This document shows, in pieces, positions 1 through 10,764 of a DNA stretch of 64,000 bases. The stretch lies in the NCBI GenBank assembly GCA_038148515.1, contig JAYQVP010000003.1, forward strand, positions 96,603-160,602, given 5' to 3'. The position numbers and the translations under genes are program-made. This DNA is from Poseidonia sp. (lineage in GTDB: Archaea; Thermoplasmatota; Poseidoniia; Poseidoniales; Poseidoniaceae). Each line of letters opens with the position of its first letter. Position 1 is the stretch's first letter. The notes beneath the pieces are model-generated. The model did no database searches and was not told the origin of the DNA. It was given only the letters and a program-made list of their open reading frames with translations.

Positions 1-2
1 TC

Positions 3-3000
3 CGTTCGTCCATCGCCGACCCCATCGCTGGTCACCTGTACATCTCGGTGGACGACGAGTTGATGGTGCTCAACGCCAACAACGACCCCGTGGTGGTGGA
101 CGTGCGCGATTTTTCCGGACACAGCGGCGTGGCGGACATGGCTTTTGATTCCTCCAACAACATCCTTCACCTTCTGCTGGGCGACGGGACCTTTCAAGCG
201 CTTGATTTGGACAACGGAATGCTCTCGTCCGGCTTGGGAGCCAGTTCCCTCGACCGATTCATCCGTACAAACGCAGGAGCCGTTTTCGGTGCCGACGGGC
301 AGGGCATCCACCAATGGGACGGGACGAAATGGTCCTTGGTGGCTGCAGCACCAGCCACCGACGGACTGCCAGAAGCGTTGTCCATGATTGAAACCAACGG
401 TGTGGTCTACGCATCCCTCAACGGCCTCGGCGTCCTGCGTTACAACACAAACACACAACAAGCGCTTGGGTCATGGAGCACGGCGAACAATCTTCACTCC
501 GACAGCGTGACCCACATGGCCGTGTCCGGCAACCAACTTTTGCTCGGTTCACCGAACAACGGCGTGGGCAGGTATGATGCTTCAGCCGGCTTCTGGCTGT
601 CCACTTGGACCTCTGCGAACTGGCTCAACAGCGACAATATTCATGGCTTAAAACGCGTAGACACGACGCTCTTTATCTTCAACGGGGATTCCTTGCACTC
701 ATACAATGTCACCAACGGTGTGTTCTCCACGACCTACAGCCTCGCTTCGCTGGGGCTTACGGATGATGAACCCAGCGGCTCTCTCATTCACTGGCCTGCG
801 CAAGGCACCTCTGCTCCATCAAACGATGCCTTGCTGGTCAGCGATGGCAGCGGCCGACTGGCCCACCTCGCCCCCTCGGAAACGCCCATCCTTCAGCCCG
901 AATGGCTCCTTGCCAGCGGACCAACCTCCAGCGACATGAGTGCGTTGGTCGAACTTGACGGCATCCTCTACATCGGTATGAACGGTGCCACGGGCATTGA
1001 CCGATACGACATCGACGCGACCGTTTGGATGACTCCTCTTTCCACCACGTCCACTGTCGAACTGCTCCGAACAGACGGCACCGACCTGTTTGCCGGGACA
1101 AGTGCAGGGGAAGTGATGCACCTCTCGGCCAATGGCACCGTAGTTCAAACGTGGACCGGCACGGGATGTTGGCCGACCGGCGCAACCTTGGCCAGCATGG
1201 ACATTGATGCACAGGACCTCGTGATCACCACCGAAAACGGCGAGTTCGCCGCCATCGACCGCACCACCAATACCTGCACACCCTACGACACCACCAACGG
1301 CTTGCCCACCCAATTCCTCGGCGATGTTGCTATTTACGGCGGCGTGGCCTACGTCGCCACCGAAAACAGGGGTGTCTTGCGCTACGACATCGGCAACGAC
1401 GCTTGGCTGGAGCCATGGGGTTCGACCGGCGTCAACGGCGTCACCGATGCACCGATCGCCTTGGCGGGCAACGTCCTGTATCTGGGACTTCCGGGGTACG
1501 GCGTCGCTCGAAAGGACATGAACACCGGCGAAATTCTTGCTCCGCTCACCTCCTCTGGACGCAACCCGGTCTTGCCCAGCAACGTGGTGTATGCCTTGGA
1601 AGCCGACGGTTCGGATGTCTTCATCGGCACCCAACAGGGAGCGCGCAAGTGGGACGGTAACCAAGCCAGCAGTTTCGGATTGGGTTCGACCTGGCAAACG
1701 CGCCCCAGTCAATTCTTTGATTTTGAAGCGGATGGAAACGACTTGTACGTCGGGACCAACATCGGCGTCTGCAAATACAACCGAAACACCCTCGCTATCG
1801 TGGATTGTCAAAATCAGTTCGATGGTATGCCAACATGGGCGGTGTACAGCGTTGGCGTGGACGCCACCTATGTCTACGGCGGGACCAATGTCGGGGTCGG
1901 CTTGGTCAGCAAATCAACCTTCCAACACGATTCAAACTGGGGCGAAGGGTCCCAAACCGGCAACGCCGTTGTCGAAGTGATGGGCGATGTGGCCTTCATC
2001 GGCACCGAAGGTCTGGGCGTTCTTCGCTACAACATCTCCACCAACGAGTGGTTAGCACCCTTTGACGAAAGCTCAGGTGTGCTCGACCCCGGTAACGACG
2101 ACGTGACAGGTCTCGTGGCCGACATCCGCCCGAACCTCCTGTGGGTCGGAGGCGGTGATGGATTCCAACTCATCAACATCTCCACAGGCGCTGAGGCCTT
2201 CGATATCGAACAAAACAACAACCTGTACGGTGCGGCAGGCGAGCCGTTTGACATGATGATCCACAACAACATCATGTATTACCATTCCAGCACGAGCAGT
2301 GATGAAGTAAGCCGGTTGGATGTTGCGAATTTGACCAACCTTGGCAACCTCGACATCGGCGCACAGGTCGGTGAAAATGGAGGCGATATCGTCAGCATGA
2401 GCATGGTGGGCGATGTCCTCATGGTCAGCGTCGTCTCGGGACAATGGTGGAACGCAGACGGTTCAGGCGGGATTGCTCGTTGGAACACCTCATCTTCTGC
2501 CTATCAAAACAACATCTTGCCCACCGGATCTATCGACCGAGTCACAGCCTACGAGTCTTCGAACGGGAACACCTGGGTGGCGTGGGGTGAGTTGAAACTT
2601 GACTTATACGACAGCAACCAAAGTCTGGTTGGCTCGTGGACAAACTTCGACATGCCCATTCGCGGAATTGTGGAATACGACGGTGAAACCCTGTTCGCTT
2701 CCGAAGACGGTATCCTTCGGTACGATGAATCAACCAACCAGTGGGCTCCGACATGGACGGAAGGCAACGGACTTCCCAACAACGCTGGTGATGAATTCTA
2801 CGAACTGTGGACCGACGGGTCCGACCTCGTGGTCGGTGGCGCCCGGATGAGCAATTTCGGAGGCTTCCAAGAAGGAGTCATCTCTCACCTCAGTGCATCG
2901 GGGGCGTGGACGGCTTATGCGGCAGATTCCATTCAACGCATCCCTGACGGTTACCCTATCTCAATGGAGATGTGTGGAGGATTGCTCCACATCGCCATGT

Positions 3001-6000
3001 ACAACAACAACGGTGGTGTTGCTCGAATTGACCTTCAAAACGGAACGGTTCAGCCCAGTTTCACGAGCAACCAACTCGGCAGAGGGCTTGCCGCCTCCGT
3101 CGCGTGCGATGCGCAACAAACCCTGTATGTTGGCTACTATCAAGACAATCAGCCCATCTCGAGGTACAGTTACGCCAGCAATGCCTTCCTCTCCAGTTTG
3201 ACCACCTCGAGCCACAACTTGCCGAGTGATCGCGTTTGGTACGACGGTTTGGCCCACTCAGGCTCACAACTCATCGTCGGACACGGCATAGGATTCTCGG
3301 GCTCCAACCTGATTGGCGGCGGCTATTCCACGCTGGTGGCCAACGGAGCAACGGCGTTGCAGGCCCAAGTGCAAGGCGGGGGCTCCTCGGTGACATCCTT
3401 CCAATGGCTCGGTTCAGAATGGCTGATCGGGCAGGCGGGCGGGGCATCGGGCTACAGCCATGTCTCCACGCTATCATCCTCAGGCATGCAACAAGTCGTG
3501 GACCTTCCAGGCCTCGTCAGCGGTCAAGTCAGCGCCATGCTCGGAAACAGCACACATGTATGGGTCGCCACCGGGAACAGCGGCGTCATCGGTACCGGAA
3601 ACGGTGGCGGTTCGGGCACCGGCATCCTGCAGGGGAGCCTCTTGCCCAACGGCACCCTCGAATGGGACTATGGATGGACGTTGCCGGGCAACACCCAGAG
3701 CAACGACCTCTACCTCGACGGTACCGACCTCTACATGGCGACCTCGCCCGGAGGCATGTATGTCCTCGACACCGTTTCTGGCGCCATCAGTGCCATCGGT
3801 GGTTCGATCCACACCAAATTCGACACCATGCACCCTTACAACAACCAACTCGTTGTCGGCTTGGCTGGCGAGGATGGCAGTCCCCCCGGCGTGCAAATGT
3901 TTGATTTGAACAACGCTCAGTTTGGCAACGGCCGCCTGATTGCAGGCTTGCCGTCCAACATCATCAACGGATTTGCCGACACGAGCACCACGCTTTACAT
4001 CGCCACCAACGGAGGGGTTGGTCGATGGAACTACACGAGCAACGACTGGATGGATTCCATCACCGCCAGCAACGGGCTGCCCAGCGACATCGTTGAAGAC
4101 GTCGTCGTGATTGGCACAACGGTGTACATGGCTACGCCTGCGGGATTGTTCCTGTGGGACACCATCACGCAAACGGGTACGACCATGACCAAGAACGATG
4201 GTTTGATGGGCATCTCGGTGTGGGGGTTGACCACCACCACGTCATCTTCGGGCAACGTTACTCTTGTGCTCAGCCACGACGGACGAGGTACGGACCGACC
4301 AGGAGCGACTATCGTCGACCCCAGCGTGCCCCAAGTGACCTCAACCCATCGCTTCGACCAACTCCCTTCCAACACCATCACCTCGCTCACGAGCGACTGG
4401 TGGGGTGTTCACATCGGCAGCGACGTGGGGCCCATGACCCATTGGAACGGCCTTACCACGGACTTTGAAGACGGCGTAGCGAACGGTGTGATGGTGAATT
4501 CACCGAACAACATGAACAGCAACGGTGACGATGTGCTGATCTTCGACAACACCGGCGCCACCTTGGTGGACGCAAGAACCGCTGCCCACGCCATCAAATG
4601 GCGAACCTCAACCAACATGGGCACCAGTTCCATCAACGACGCTGTCGTCACTTCCACCCATGTCTGGCTCGCTACGAGCGCGGGCTTGTGGGGATGGGAA
4701 AACGGTGGGGGCTACCCTTCGGTGGAAGAATCCACCATGCGACGCGCCCTGCCCCTGACCGTTCGGACACCGAACAACGGCGCAGGAATGAACATTACCT
4801 CGATGTTGCACCCCGGCCAAGCCATTCCGTTGGTCACACCAAGCGACCCTTACGCTTTGGACAGCAACGTCGGTTCTCCAGGCGTTCATAATCTGCTCTT
4901 CCAAAACGTACCGCTGATTTTCACCTCGCCGGTTGAGGGTGCAGCTCTTTGGGTGAAATCAGTCGCCCTTGAGTACTCGGCCACGCTGAACCTCAGCGGG
5001 GACGCCTCGATTCAATCCAACCTCCAAAGCGCCGTTGACACGGGGCAACTCTACAACAACACGCGCCATGTCAAACTGAGGTTGTACGCACCTGAGAACG
5101 GCTCCCTTGAGGTCCGCCTCACCTACGACTACGTACGATCGGAAACGCCCGTCGCCATGGTTTCGCTTGTGGACCGACCCGATGACGGTGGTGGGACGCT
5201 AACGGCGTCGTGGTCGCTTGTTCATGACGAAGATTTCTCCCGCTACCTCATCTTCCTCAACGAAGGCCCTTGGCCCTCAATACCCGATGAACTCATGTTG
5301 CTCGGACGAACCCCCGACAAAGCCGTGTCGTTGCACAGTCGCCTCTCTACCGACATTACCACGGCGAACGGCCAACCTCTCATCGATGGGACGGCCTATC
5401 ACGCCGCCGTGGTCGTTGAATACAATGATGGGCGCTGGGGCAAAGTTTCGGCACCCCTCGGCCCAGCATCACCAAGCGACGAAGTCCCCGGCGCACCTGC
5501 GTGGGCCGATGGTGCACCCGTTGGCCTCAACGGTGAAGACGGAGAAGTTCAACTCGAATGGGCTCGCTGCACGGCCTTGGATTTAGCAGCGACCAACATC
5601 TATGTCGCAACAACTCCCTTTTCAGACGCCTTGGGCCGTTCACCTCGTTCGGTCATCCTTCCCAACGAAGGCAACCAAACCGTCCTGTCGCTTACCCCAG
5701 GTGCACCGGTGTGGCTGGGATTAACCTGTGTTGACCAGGCTGGTCAAGAAAACAAATCCAACATGACGGTGGTGGGCCCGATCGTTCCCACAGGTGAACT
5801 CAACGACAACGAAGCTCCACCCCCCATCGAAGGAACCAATGCCAGCGATGTGCCCGATGATGAAGGTGGACGAGTCGTGGTGAGTTGGAACCAAAGCACC
5901 GCTTCGGATTGTGCGTTCTCCATCGTGTTTGCCAAACTCGGCGGCGAAGCAGACAGCGAGCCGGCCATGGGAAGCGTTGATGGTTTCTCCCAAGCCGTCG

Positions 6001-7742
6001 TGATGAACGCCTGCGACCAAACTGAAACCGTAGTGTCGAGTTTGGACGGCCTACCGCTCGTGGACGGCCAAGTCTACACCTTCGGCGTGGTTGCCTACGA
6101 CCTATGGCTCAACGGCAACACCGACGATGTCCTCTTGGTGACGGCTACACCCTTCCAGAATATCGTTGGCCCTGGTACCACGCCACCACGTATCACATCC
6201 TTGCTGGCCTTTGACCACCCCGATGACGACGGCACTGCCATTGACGTGGTGTGGGAGCCATCAACCATCGATGATTTCGCCTCGTACACCGTTTGGGTGG
6301 CCAGTGAACCGGTCACCGACCTGACCTTGGCTTACGCTGCCTTCGGCACGGATGACACCCGATGCGGTTGTTTCTCGTTCAACAAACAGTGGATTGACGA
6401 GCGCACCAATCCCATCGAATTGACGTTGTCGACAGCGTTGTACCTCGAAGAAGGTCAGGGACTGAACAACGGCGAGGTCGGTTTGATTCAACCGGACATT
6501 GACCTCTTCGTTGCGGTCACGGTGCACGACCTCCGCGGCAACGTGTACCTGACCAACCTCACCCAAGCCACGGTCACGCCTTTGGACAACATGAACGACA
6601 ACACCGCCCCCGAACGGCTGCAAACCTTGACGCTTAACGACCGTCCTCAAGACGACGGATCAGCACTGCTCCTCTCGTTTGACCTCTCCTCGGCGAGCGA
6701 TGTGAGTGCCTATCATGTGTACGCTGCCACGTGGGTGTTCAGCGACGTCACACCGCAAGGCGACGGGCCCTCAGTTCCCATTGCCACGCTCTCCCGCAAT
6801 CCGTCGTTGCCGCTGGTGATCGACATCGTTGCAGGCGATACGCCGGTCATTCCAGGTCAAGACATTTGGGTTGCGGTGGTGGTGGAGGACACATCAGGCA
6901 ACGCTCACAAGACGCTGCTGACCACGGCCACGGCTGCCTCGGTCGACGATGGCATCTCGGACCCCGGAGCCTACCTGCCCGATATCGCCAATGTCGATGC
7001 CCAATGGGTTGGAGAAACCGATGTGTTGGTTGACTGGTCTCATTCCACCGATGCACGGGTGCGAGGTTACCAGATTTTCATCGCCTCAACCGACTTCACC
7101 AACACCGTGGACGCGACCTTGGTCGGTCAGTCCGTTTCGTCCAATTCGTTCCTGATCACCGCGGAGGTCTTCGCCGACCTCGACAACGGGACGACATGGT
7201 ACATCGCTGTCGCTCCTTACGACCAAACGGTGGGCAAGACCACGGTGGACACCGTGATGTTGAATCCGGTGAACAACGGGCCGGGTGATTCGAGTGGTAC
7301 GACGGACGACAACGAGCAGCGATCGCTGGAGTCGTTGCTGACGGGTCCTAACCTCATGGCCTTTGGATTGTTCTTGGTCGCTTTGTTGCTGTTGGGGGTC
7401 GTCGTTCGGGCCCGAGGAAGAGGCCGAGCGAGTTCAAAGGAATGGAGCTTGGAAGAAGCCACATGGGGCATTGAAACCCCGAGTTGGGAGGCGCCACCCA
7501 ACGCCCCTCCATCAGCAGCACCGGCAACTCCAGCGGGCATCACAGCCTCTCAAGCCAACGACATTTATGCTGCAGCGCAACAGATTCAGTCTTCCGGATT
7601 CGGACGGGAAGCCTACCAACCTGCCCAACCCGTGCTACGGCCTCAAGTCGACCCTTCGCTGCTCGATGGGCTGTTGGACGAACCCCAACAAGCGCCGAAA
7701 TCGCCCACGATTGACACGTCCTTCCTCGACGACCTGTTGTGA
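3..7742 (+). CDS. Giant cell-surface protein (5' partial): multiple beta-propeller repeats, FN3-like DxPxDxG modules, C-terminal TM anchor and Pro-rich cytoplasmic tail
   Basis: Frame is open from nt 3, so the start lies outside the window. Contains >2560 aa with recurrent propeller-blade motifs (GVLRY, NGLP..v..l, lYvgt..G), then DRPDDGG/DVPDDEGG/DHPDDDG/DRPQDDG modules and a hydrophobic helix LMAFGLFLVALLLLGVVV followed by RARGR. Confidence 0.85.
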   Translation, partial: RSSIADPIAGHLYISVDDELMVLNANNDPVVVDVRDFSGHSGVADMAFDSSNNILHLLLGDGTFQALDLDNGMLSSGLGASSLDRFIRTNAGAVFGADGQGIHQWDGTKWSLVAAAPATDGLPEALSMIETNGVVYASLNGLGVLRYNTNTQQALGSWSTANNLHSDSVTHMAVSGNQLLLGSPNNGVGRYDASAGFWLSTWTSANWLNSDNIHGLKRVDTTLFIFNGDSLHSYNVTNGVFSTTYSLASLGLTDDEPSGSLIHWPAQGTSAPSNDALLVSDGSGRLAHLAPSETPILQPEWLLASGPTSSDMSALVELDGILYIGMNGATGIDRYDIDATVWMTPLSTTSTVELLRTDGTDLFAGTSAGEVMHLSANGTVVQTWTGTGCWPTGATLASMDIDAQDLVITTENGEFAAIDRTTNTCTPYDTTNGLPTQFLGDVAIYGGVAYVATENRGVLRYDIGNDAWLEPWGSTGVNGVTDAPIALAGNVLYLGLPGYGVARKDMNTGEILAPLTSSGRNPVLPSNVVYALEADGSDVFIGTQQGARKWDGNQASSFGLGSTWQTRPSQFFDFEADGNDLYVGTNIGVCKYNRNTLAIVDCQNQFDGMPTWAVYSVGVDATYVYGGTNVGVGLVSKSTFQHDSNWGEGSQTGNAVVEVMGDVAFIGTEGLGVLRYNISTNEWLAPFDESSGVLDPGNDDVTGLVADIRPNLLWVGGGDGFQLINISTGAEAFDIEQNNNLYGAAGEPFDMMIHNNIMYYHSSTSSDEVSRLDVANLTNLGNLDIGAQVGENGGDIVSMSMVGDVLMVSVVSGQWWNADGSGGIARWNTSSSAYQNNILPTGSIDRVTAYESSNGNTWVAWGELKLDLYDSNQSLVGSWTNFDMPIRGIVEYDGETLFASEDGILRYDESTNQWAPTWTEGNGLPNNAGDEFYELWTDGSDLVVGGARMSNFGGFQEGVISHLSASGAWTAYAADSIQRIPDGYPISMEMCGGLLHIAMYNNNGGVARIDLQNGTVQPSFTSNQLGRGLAASVACDAQQTLYVGYYQDNQPISRYSYASNAFLSSLTTSSHNLPSDRVWYDGLAHSGSQLIVGHGIGFSGSNLIGGGYSTLVANGATALQAQVQGGGSSVTSFQWLGSEWLIGQAGGASGYSHVSTLSSSGMQQVVDLPGLVSGQVSAMLGNSTHVWVATGNSGVIGTGNGGGSGTGILQGSLLPNGTLEWDYGWTLPGNTQSNDLYLDGTDLYMATSPGGMYVLDTVSGAISAIGGSIHTKFDTMHPYNNQLVVGLAGEDGSPPGVQMFDLNNAQFGNGRLIAGLPSNIINGFADTSTTLYIATNGGVGRWNYTSNDWMDSITASNGLPSDIVEDVVVIGTTVYMATPAGLFLWDTITQTGTTMTKNDGLMGISVWGLTTTTSSSGNVTLVLSHDGRGTDRPGATIVDPSVPQVTSTHRFDQLPSNTITSLTSDWWGVHIGSDVGPMTHWNGLTTDFEDGVANGVMVNSPNNMNSNGDDVLIFDNTGATLVDARTAAHAIKWRTSTNMGTSSINDAVVTSTHVWLATSAGLWGWENGGGYPSVEESTMRRALPLTVRTPNNGAGMNITSMLHPGQAIPLVTPSDPYALDSNVGSPGVHNLLFQNVPLIFTSPVEGAALWVKSVALEYSATLNLSGDASIQSNLQSAVDTGQLYNNTRHVKLRLYAPENGSLEVRLTYDYVRSETPVAMVSLVDRPDDGGGTLTASWSLVHDEDFSRYLIFLNEGPWPSIPDELMLLGRTPDKAVSLHSRLSTDITTANGQPLIDGTAYHAAVVVEYNDGRWGKVSAPLGPASPSDEVPGAPAWADGAPVGLNGEDGEVQLEWARCTALDLAATNIYVATTPFSDALGRSPRSVILPNEGNQTVLSLTPGAPVWLGLTCVDQAGQENKSNMTVVGPIVPTGELNDNEAPPPIEGTNASDVPDDEGGRVVVSWNQSTASDCAFSIVFAKLGGEADSEPAMGSVDGFSQAVVMNACDQTETVVSSLDGLPLVDGQVYTFGVVAYDLWLNGNTDDVLLVTATPFQNIVGPGTTPPRITSLLAFDHPDDDGTAIDVVWEPSTIDDFASYTVWVASEPVTDLTLAYAAFGTDDTRCGCFSFNKQWIDERTNPIELTLSTALYLEEGQGLNNGEVGLIQPDIDLFVAVTVHDLRGNVYLTNLTQATVTPLDNMNDNTAPERLQTLTLNDRPQDDGSALLLSFDLSSASDVSAYHVYAATWVFSDVTPQGDGPSVPIATLSRNPSLPLVIDIVAGDTPVIPGQDIWVAVVVEDTSGNAHKTLLTTATAASVDDGISDPGAYLPDIANVDAQWVGETDVLVDWSHSTDARVRGYQIFIASTDFTNTVDATLVGQSVSSNSFLITAEVFADLDNGTTWYIAVAPYDQTVGKTTVDTVMLNPVNNGPGDSSGTTDDNEQRSLESLLTGPNLMAFGLFLVALLLLGVVVRARGRGRASSKEWSLEEATWGIETPSWEAPPNAPPSAAPATPAGITASQANDIYAAAQQIQSSGFGREAYQPAQPVLRPQVDPSLLDGLLDEPQQAPKSPTIDTSFLDDLL

Positions 7743-7751
7743 TGATGGTTC

Positions 7752-8498
7752 ATGTCGGTTGAAGGCCCCCGCAGCGCTGTGTTCAGCACCATGCTGGTCA
7801 GTGCAGATGGCCGGGTTGCGAATTGGCCCCAGCACCGCCAGCGCCTCGAACGACACGCTCAGCGGCTTCGCATCAACCTGCCACCGCATCCACCTGCGAT
7901 AGCGGGTCACGACCATCAAGGCCCGATGCTCGCAACGGTGCGTTACGGCGCCCAAAAGGGTGATTGGACGATTGAAAAACGGGCTTTGTCGGTTCACGAC
8001 GAGGATATTGACGCCATTTCCAAGCCAGCACCACGATGGAACGAACGTACCAACGGAACCAAGCACGGTCAGTGGGAACCGTACCTTCAGGCTCACGAGG
8101 AAGCCAAATCGGCAGGATGCGATGCCGCACTGTTGGTGCACGACCATGCCATTATCGATGCAGATCGAGCAACCCCTATTGTGTTGGATGAAGACGGCAC
8201 GGTCTGGTTGTCGCCGGTTGACCAAGGCGGGGTTGACAGCATCACGGCGACCGTGCTTGCCAACAAGTTGCCCAATCTTGGCTTGCCTGTTGTACGGGGC
8301 CACCTCAACGAACGTACCGTGGCCCGTTGCGCAGAACTGGTCGTGGTCGGAACGGGCATGGGCGTGTGCCATGTCACGTCCCTTGATGGCGAGCCGCTGG
8401 GCACATCCCGTGCCCTGTCCGAAGCCTGTAGGCGCTTGCTTCACGAACATTTTACCGACGAGAGCGTGTGGACGCTTCCGGGGATGGTCGATGTCTGA
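7752..8498 (+). CDS. PLP-dependent aminotransferase class IV, probable aminodeoxychorismate lyase (PabC-like)
   Basis: Motifs H..RL..HA..L, TKHG (PLP lysine), DAALL, GGVDSIT and GTGMGV. Stop overlaps the start of the ADC synthase gene. Confidence 0.75.
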   Translation: MSVEGPRSAVFSTMLVSADGRVANWPQHRQRLERHAQRLRINLPPHPPAIAGHDHQGPMLATVRYGAQKGDWTIEKRALSVHDEDIDAISKPAPRWNERTNGTKHGQWEPYLQAHEEAKSAGCDAALLVHDHAIIDADRATPIVLDEDGTVWLSPVDQGGVDSITATVLANKLPNLGLPVVRGHLNERTVARCAELVVVGTGMGVCHVTSLDGEPLGTSRALSEACRRLLHEHFTDESVWTLPGMVDV

Positions 8499-10728
8499 GA
8501 CAACGATGGTCGTCAACCACCGTCTCGAAGAGGCTGGACTGGTGGGCGAGGCCGCTCATCGCTTTGGGTCCCCGGACCGTTTGATGTTGGTCTCGGGTGG
8601 ACCGTCCTCTCATCTGGCCCGTTGGTCGTTGGTCGCAGGACCGTCTCGTCGACGGGTGCTTGTTCGCCAACCGAATCGCCACGTCTTGCCCTCCGCCCCT
8701 GCTCATTCCCCGCTCAACGGCGACCTGAGATTGATTCAAACCAACACCTCCATCACCGCCGAGGTAGAAGAATGGAAACACGGTTCGTGGTACCATGAAG
8801 TCACGTTGCAAGCGAGGGACCTCGAAGATTTGATGTTGAAACTCAAGCCGCTGACACCCAACGAATCGTTTGTCCAGCCCCACGGCATGTCAATTCCGGA
8901 ACGCCCCTTTTGGGCGGGAGCTTTGGCCTACGACATGGTTCAGTGGACCCAGCCAATACGCCTTCAATACCCCCCAAAGGAAGGGACATTGCTTGTCGTG
9001 ATGTGGCTGATTGAAACCGGGGTATTGGTCGACCAAGCATCGGAGAAAACGACGGTGTTCGGTCAGGATTTAGCCTGGGTGGAACGAGCGGAAAATTGCG
9101 CATTTGATGACCACATCCGAGTTGATGTTCCACCCTCCACCACCGGCCGAGAATCCGTAACCCACACTGACGAAACGCATCACGACAACATCGAGCGCGT
9201 ACGAAACGGTATTGTGAACGGCCAAGTCTATCAGGTCAACATCGGCAAGCACTGGCGTGGCGAGATTGACCATCCCTATGCTGTCTTCCAACGCTTGCTG
9301 CGCAACAACCCTGCACCGTATGCGGCTTACATCGAGGCTGCCGATATCGGATTTGCCCTGGCGAGTTCTTCACCCGAAACCCTTCTCGAAATCCAAGGCG
9401 ATGTGGTTCGAACCGCACCCATCAAAGGCACATGTCCACAGGGTGAAGATGCCGAAGAGCGGGCCATGCTTCGCACCACCATGCTCAACGATGAGAAGGA
9501 ACGGGCGGAACATCGCATGCTCGTGGACTTGATGCGCAACGACCTTACCCAAGTATGCCGGCCAGGCAGCGTCCATGTGGATCGTTTTGATGTAGAAGCC
9601 TACGCCAACGTCCAGCACCTCGTCAGCCACATCAGTGGTCAATTGAGCGAGGAGGCAACCGGTGGTCGCGTCTTGCAAGCGGTGTTTCCGGGGGGTTCCA
9701 TCACCGGATGCCCGCGGACCATGGTGTGCGCCGTGATCGATGAATTGGAGCAATGCCCACGCTCGTTCTGGACCGGTTCAGCCGGCTACATTGACCTGCA
9801 TAGCGGCCGTTCGGCGTGGAATATCCTGATTCGGACGCTGGAAGCCCATCGAAGAGGCGACCGATGGACGGGTTCTGTTGGGGCCGGTGGCGGCATCACC
9901 ATCGCATCCGACCCGTCGGCTGAAGTGGAAGAAGCCGGATGGAAGGGAGCGGCGTTGCGAACAGCGGCAGGGTGGATGCGTCCTGAACACACCTCCCTTC
10001 CCCTCGGCCCGCTCTCCATTCATCCCGTGGAGACTGCACCGGTTGTCAGCACTGTCGCGTCCTACGGGCAGATGACTGAGTACGGCGAAGTTGGGGCAGT
10101 GCTGGAAAAGAGCGTGTTGTTCGTTGACAACCTCGATTCCTTTTCCTTGAACATCGCCGATGCCGTCGCCCAAACGGGTCGAAACATCACCGTGTTGCGC
10201 GGGAGACATCCCGCTTACTCGCATTTAGTGGACGATGACGCCATGGACCGTGTACTCAAGTCACTTCGCCCGACGCATATTATTCTCGGGCCGGGTCCGG
10301 GTCACCCCGACGACGTGGCGTTGACGAGGCGCTTGGCTCAGCGGGCGCTGGAAGGAAGCATCCAGGTGCCGGTTCTCGGCATTTGTTTGGGCCACCAAGC
10401 CTTAGCGGTCGCCGACGGACGACGGGTGGTACCGGCGCCCGCTGGGCCGACGCACGGTGTTCCCGTGGCCGTTGAACACGACAAATCCGGACTCTTTGCG
10501 GCGATGGACGACGGACTTCACCTGACACGGTACAATTCATTGGAGGCCACGGACGAAGGGCAGCATGTGCTGCGCGTCAACGCCCGTGAAGCCATCACCG
10601 GTCAAATCCTCAGCCTCCAGCACCCACACCGGAACGTGTTCGGCTTGCAGATCCATCCCGAATCCGTTGGTTCACCCGATGGCCACCTCCTCATTCAGCG
10701 ATTTCTTGAAATTCAATCGGATGGTTGA
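8491..10728 (+). CDS. Aminodeoxychorismate synthase: chorismate-binding (PabB) domain fused to C-terminal glutamine amidotransferase (PabA)
   Basis: Chorismate-binding motifs YQVN, SSPE, PIKGT (PabB-type Lys), EHRMLVDLMRNDL and FPGGSITGCP. GATase motifs DNLDSFS, GPGPG, GICLGHQ and HPES. Start set at ATG 8491, overlapping the upstream stop. Confidence 0.85.
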   Translation: MSETTMVVNHRLEEAGLVGEAAHRFGSPDRLMLVSGGPSSHLARWSLVAGPSRRRVLVRQPNRHVLPSAPAHSPLNGDLRLIQTNTSITAEVEEWKHGSWYHEVTLQARDLEDLMLKLKPLTPNESFVQPHGMSIPERPFWAGALAYDMVQWTQPIRLQYPPKEGTLLVVMWLIETGVLVDQASEKTTVFGQDLAWVERAENCAFDDHIRVDVPPSTTGRESVTHTDETHHDNIERVRNGIVNGQVYQVNIGKHWRGEIDHPYAVFQRLLRNNPAPYAAYIEAADIGFALASSSPETLLEIQGDVVRTAPIKGTCPQGEDAEERAMLRTTMLNDEKERAEHRMLVDLMRNDLTQVCRPGSVHVDRFDVEAYANVQHLVSHISGQLSEEATGGRVLQAVFPGGSITGCPRTMVCAVIDELEQCPRSFWTGSAGYIDLHSGRSAWNILIRTLEAHRRGDRWTGSVGAGGGITIASDPSAEVEEAGWKGAALRTAAGWMRPEHTSLPLGPLSIHPVETAPVVSTVASYGQMTEYGEVGAVLEKSVLFVDNLDSFSLNIADAVAQTGRNITVLRGRHPAYSHLVDDDAMDRVLKSLRPTHIILGPGPGHPDDVALTRRLAQRALEGSIQVPVLGICLGHQALAVADGRRVVPAPAGPTHGVPVAVEHDKSGLFAAMDDGLHLTRYNSLEATDEGQHVLRVNAREAITGQILSLQHPHRNVFGLQIHPESVGSPDGHLLIQRFLEIQSDG

Positions 10729-10764
10729 AGAATCCCTTGCCGTTGGGAGAGATGAGGACTCATC

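Noticed and set aside
7960-8490. N-terminal extension of the 922-aa ORF
   Set aside because: It overlaps the PabC-like gene out of frame. ATG 8491, coupled to the upstream stop, is the more plausible start.
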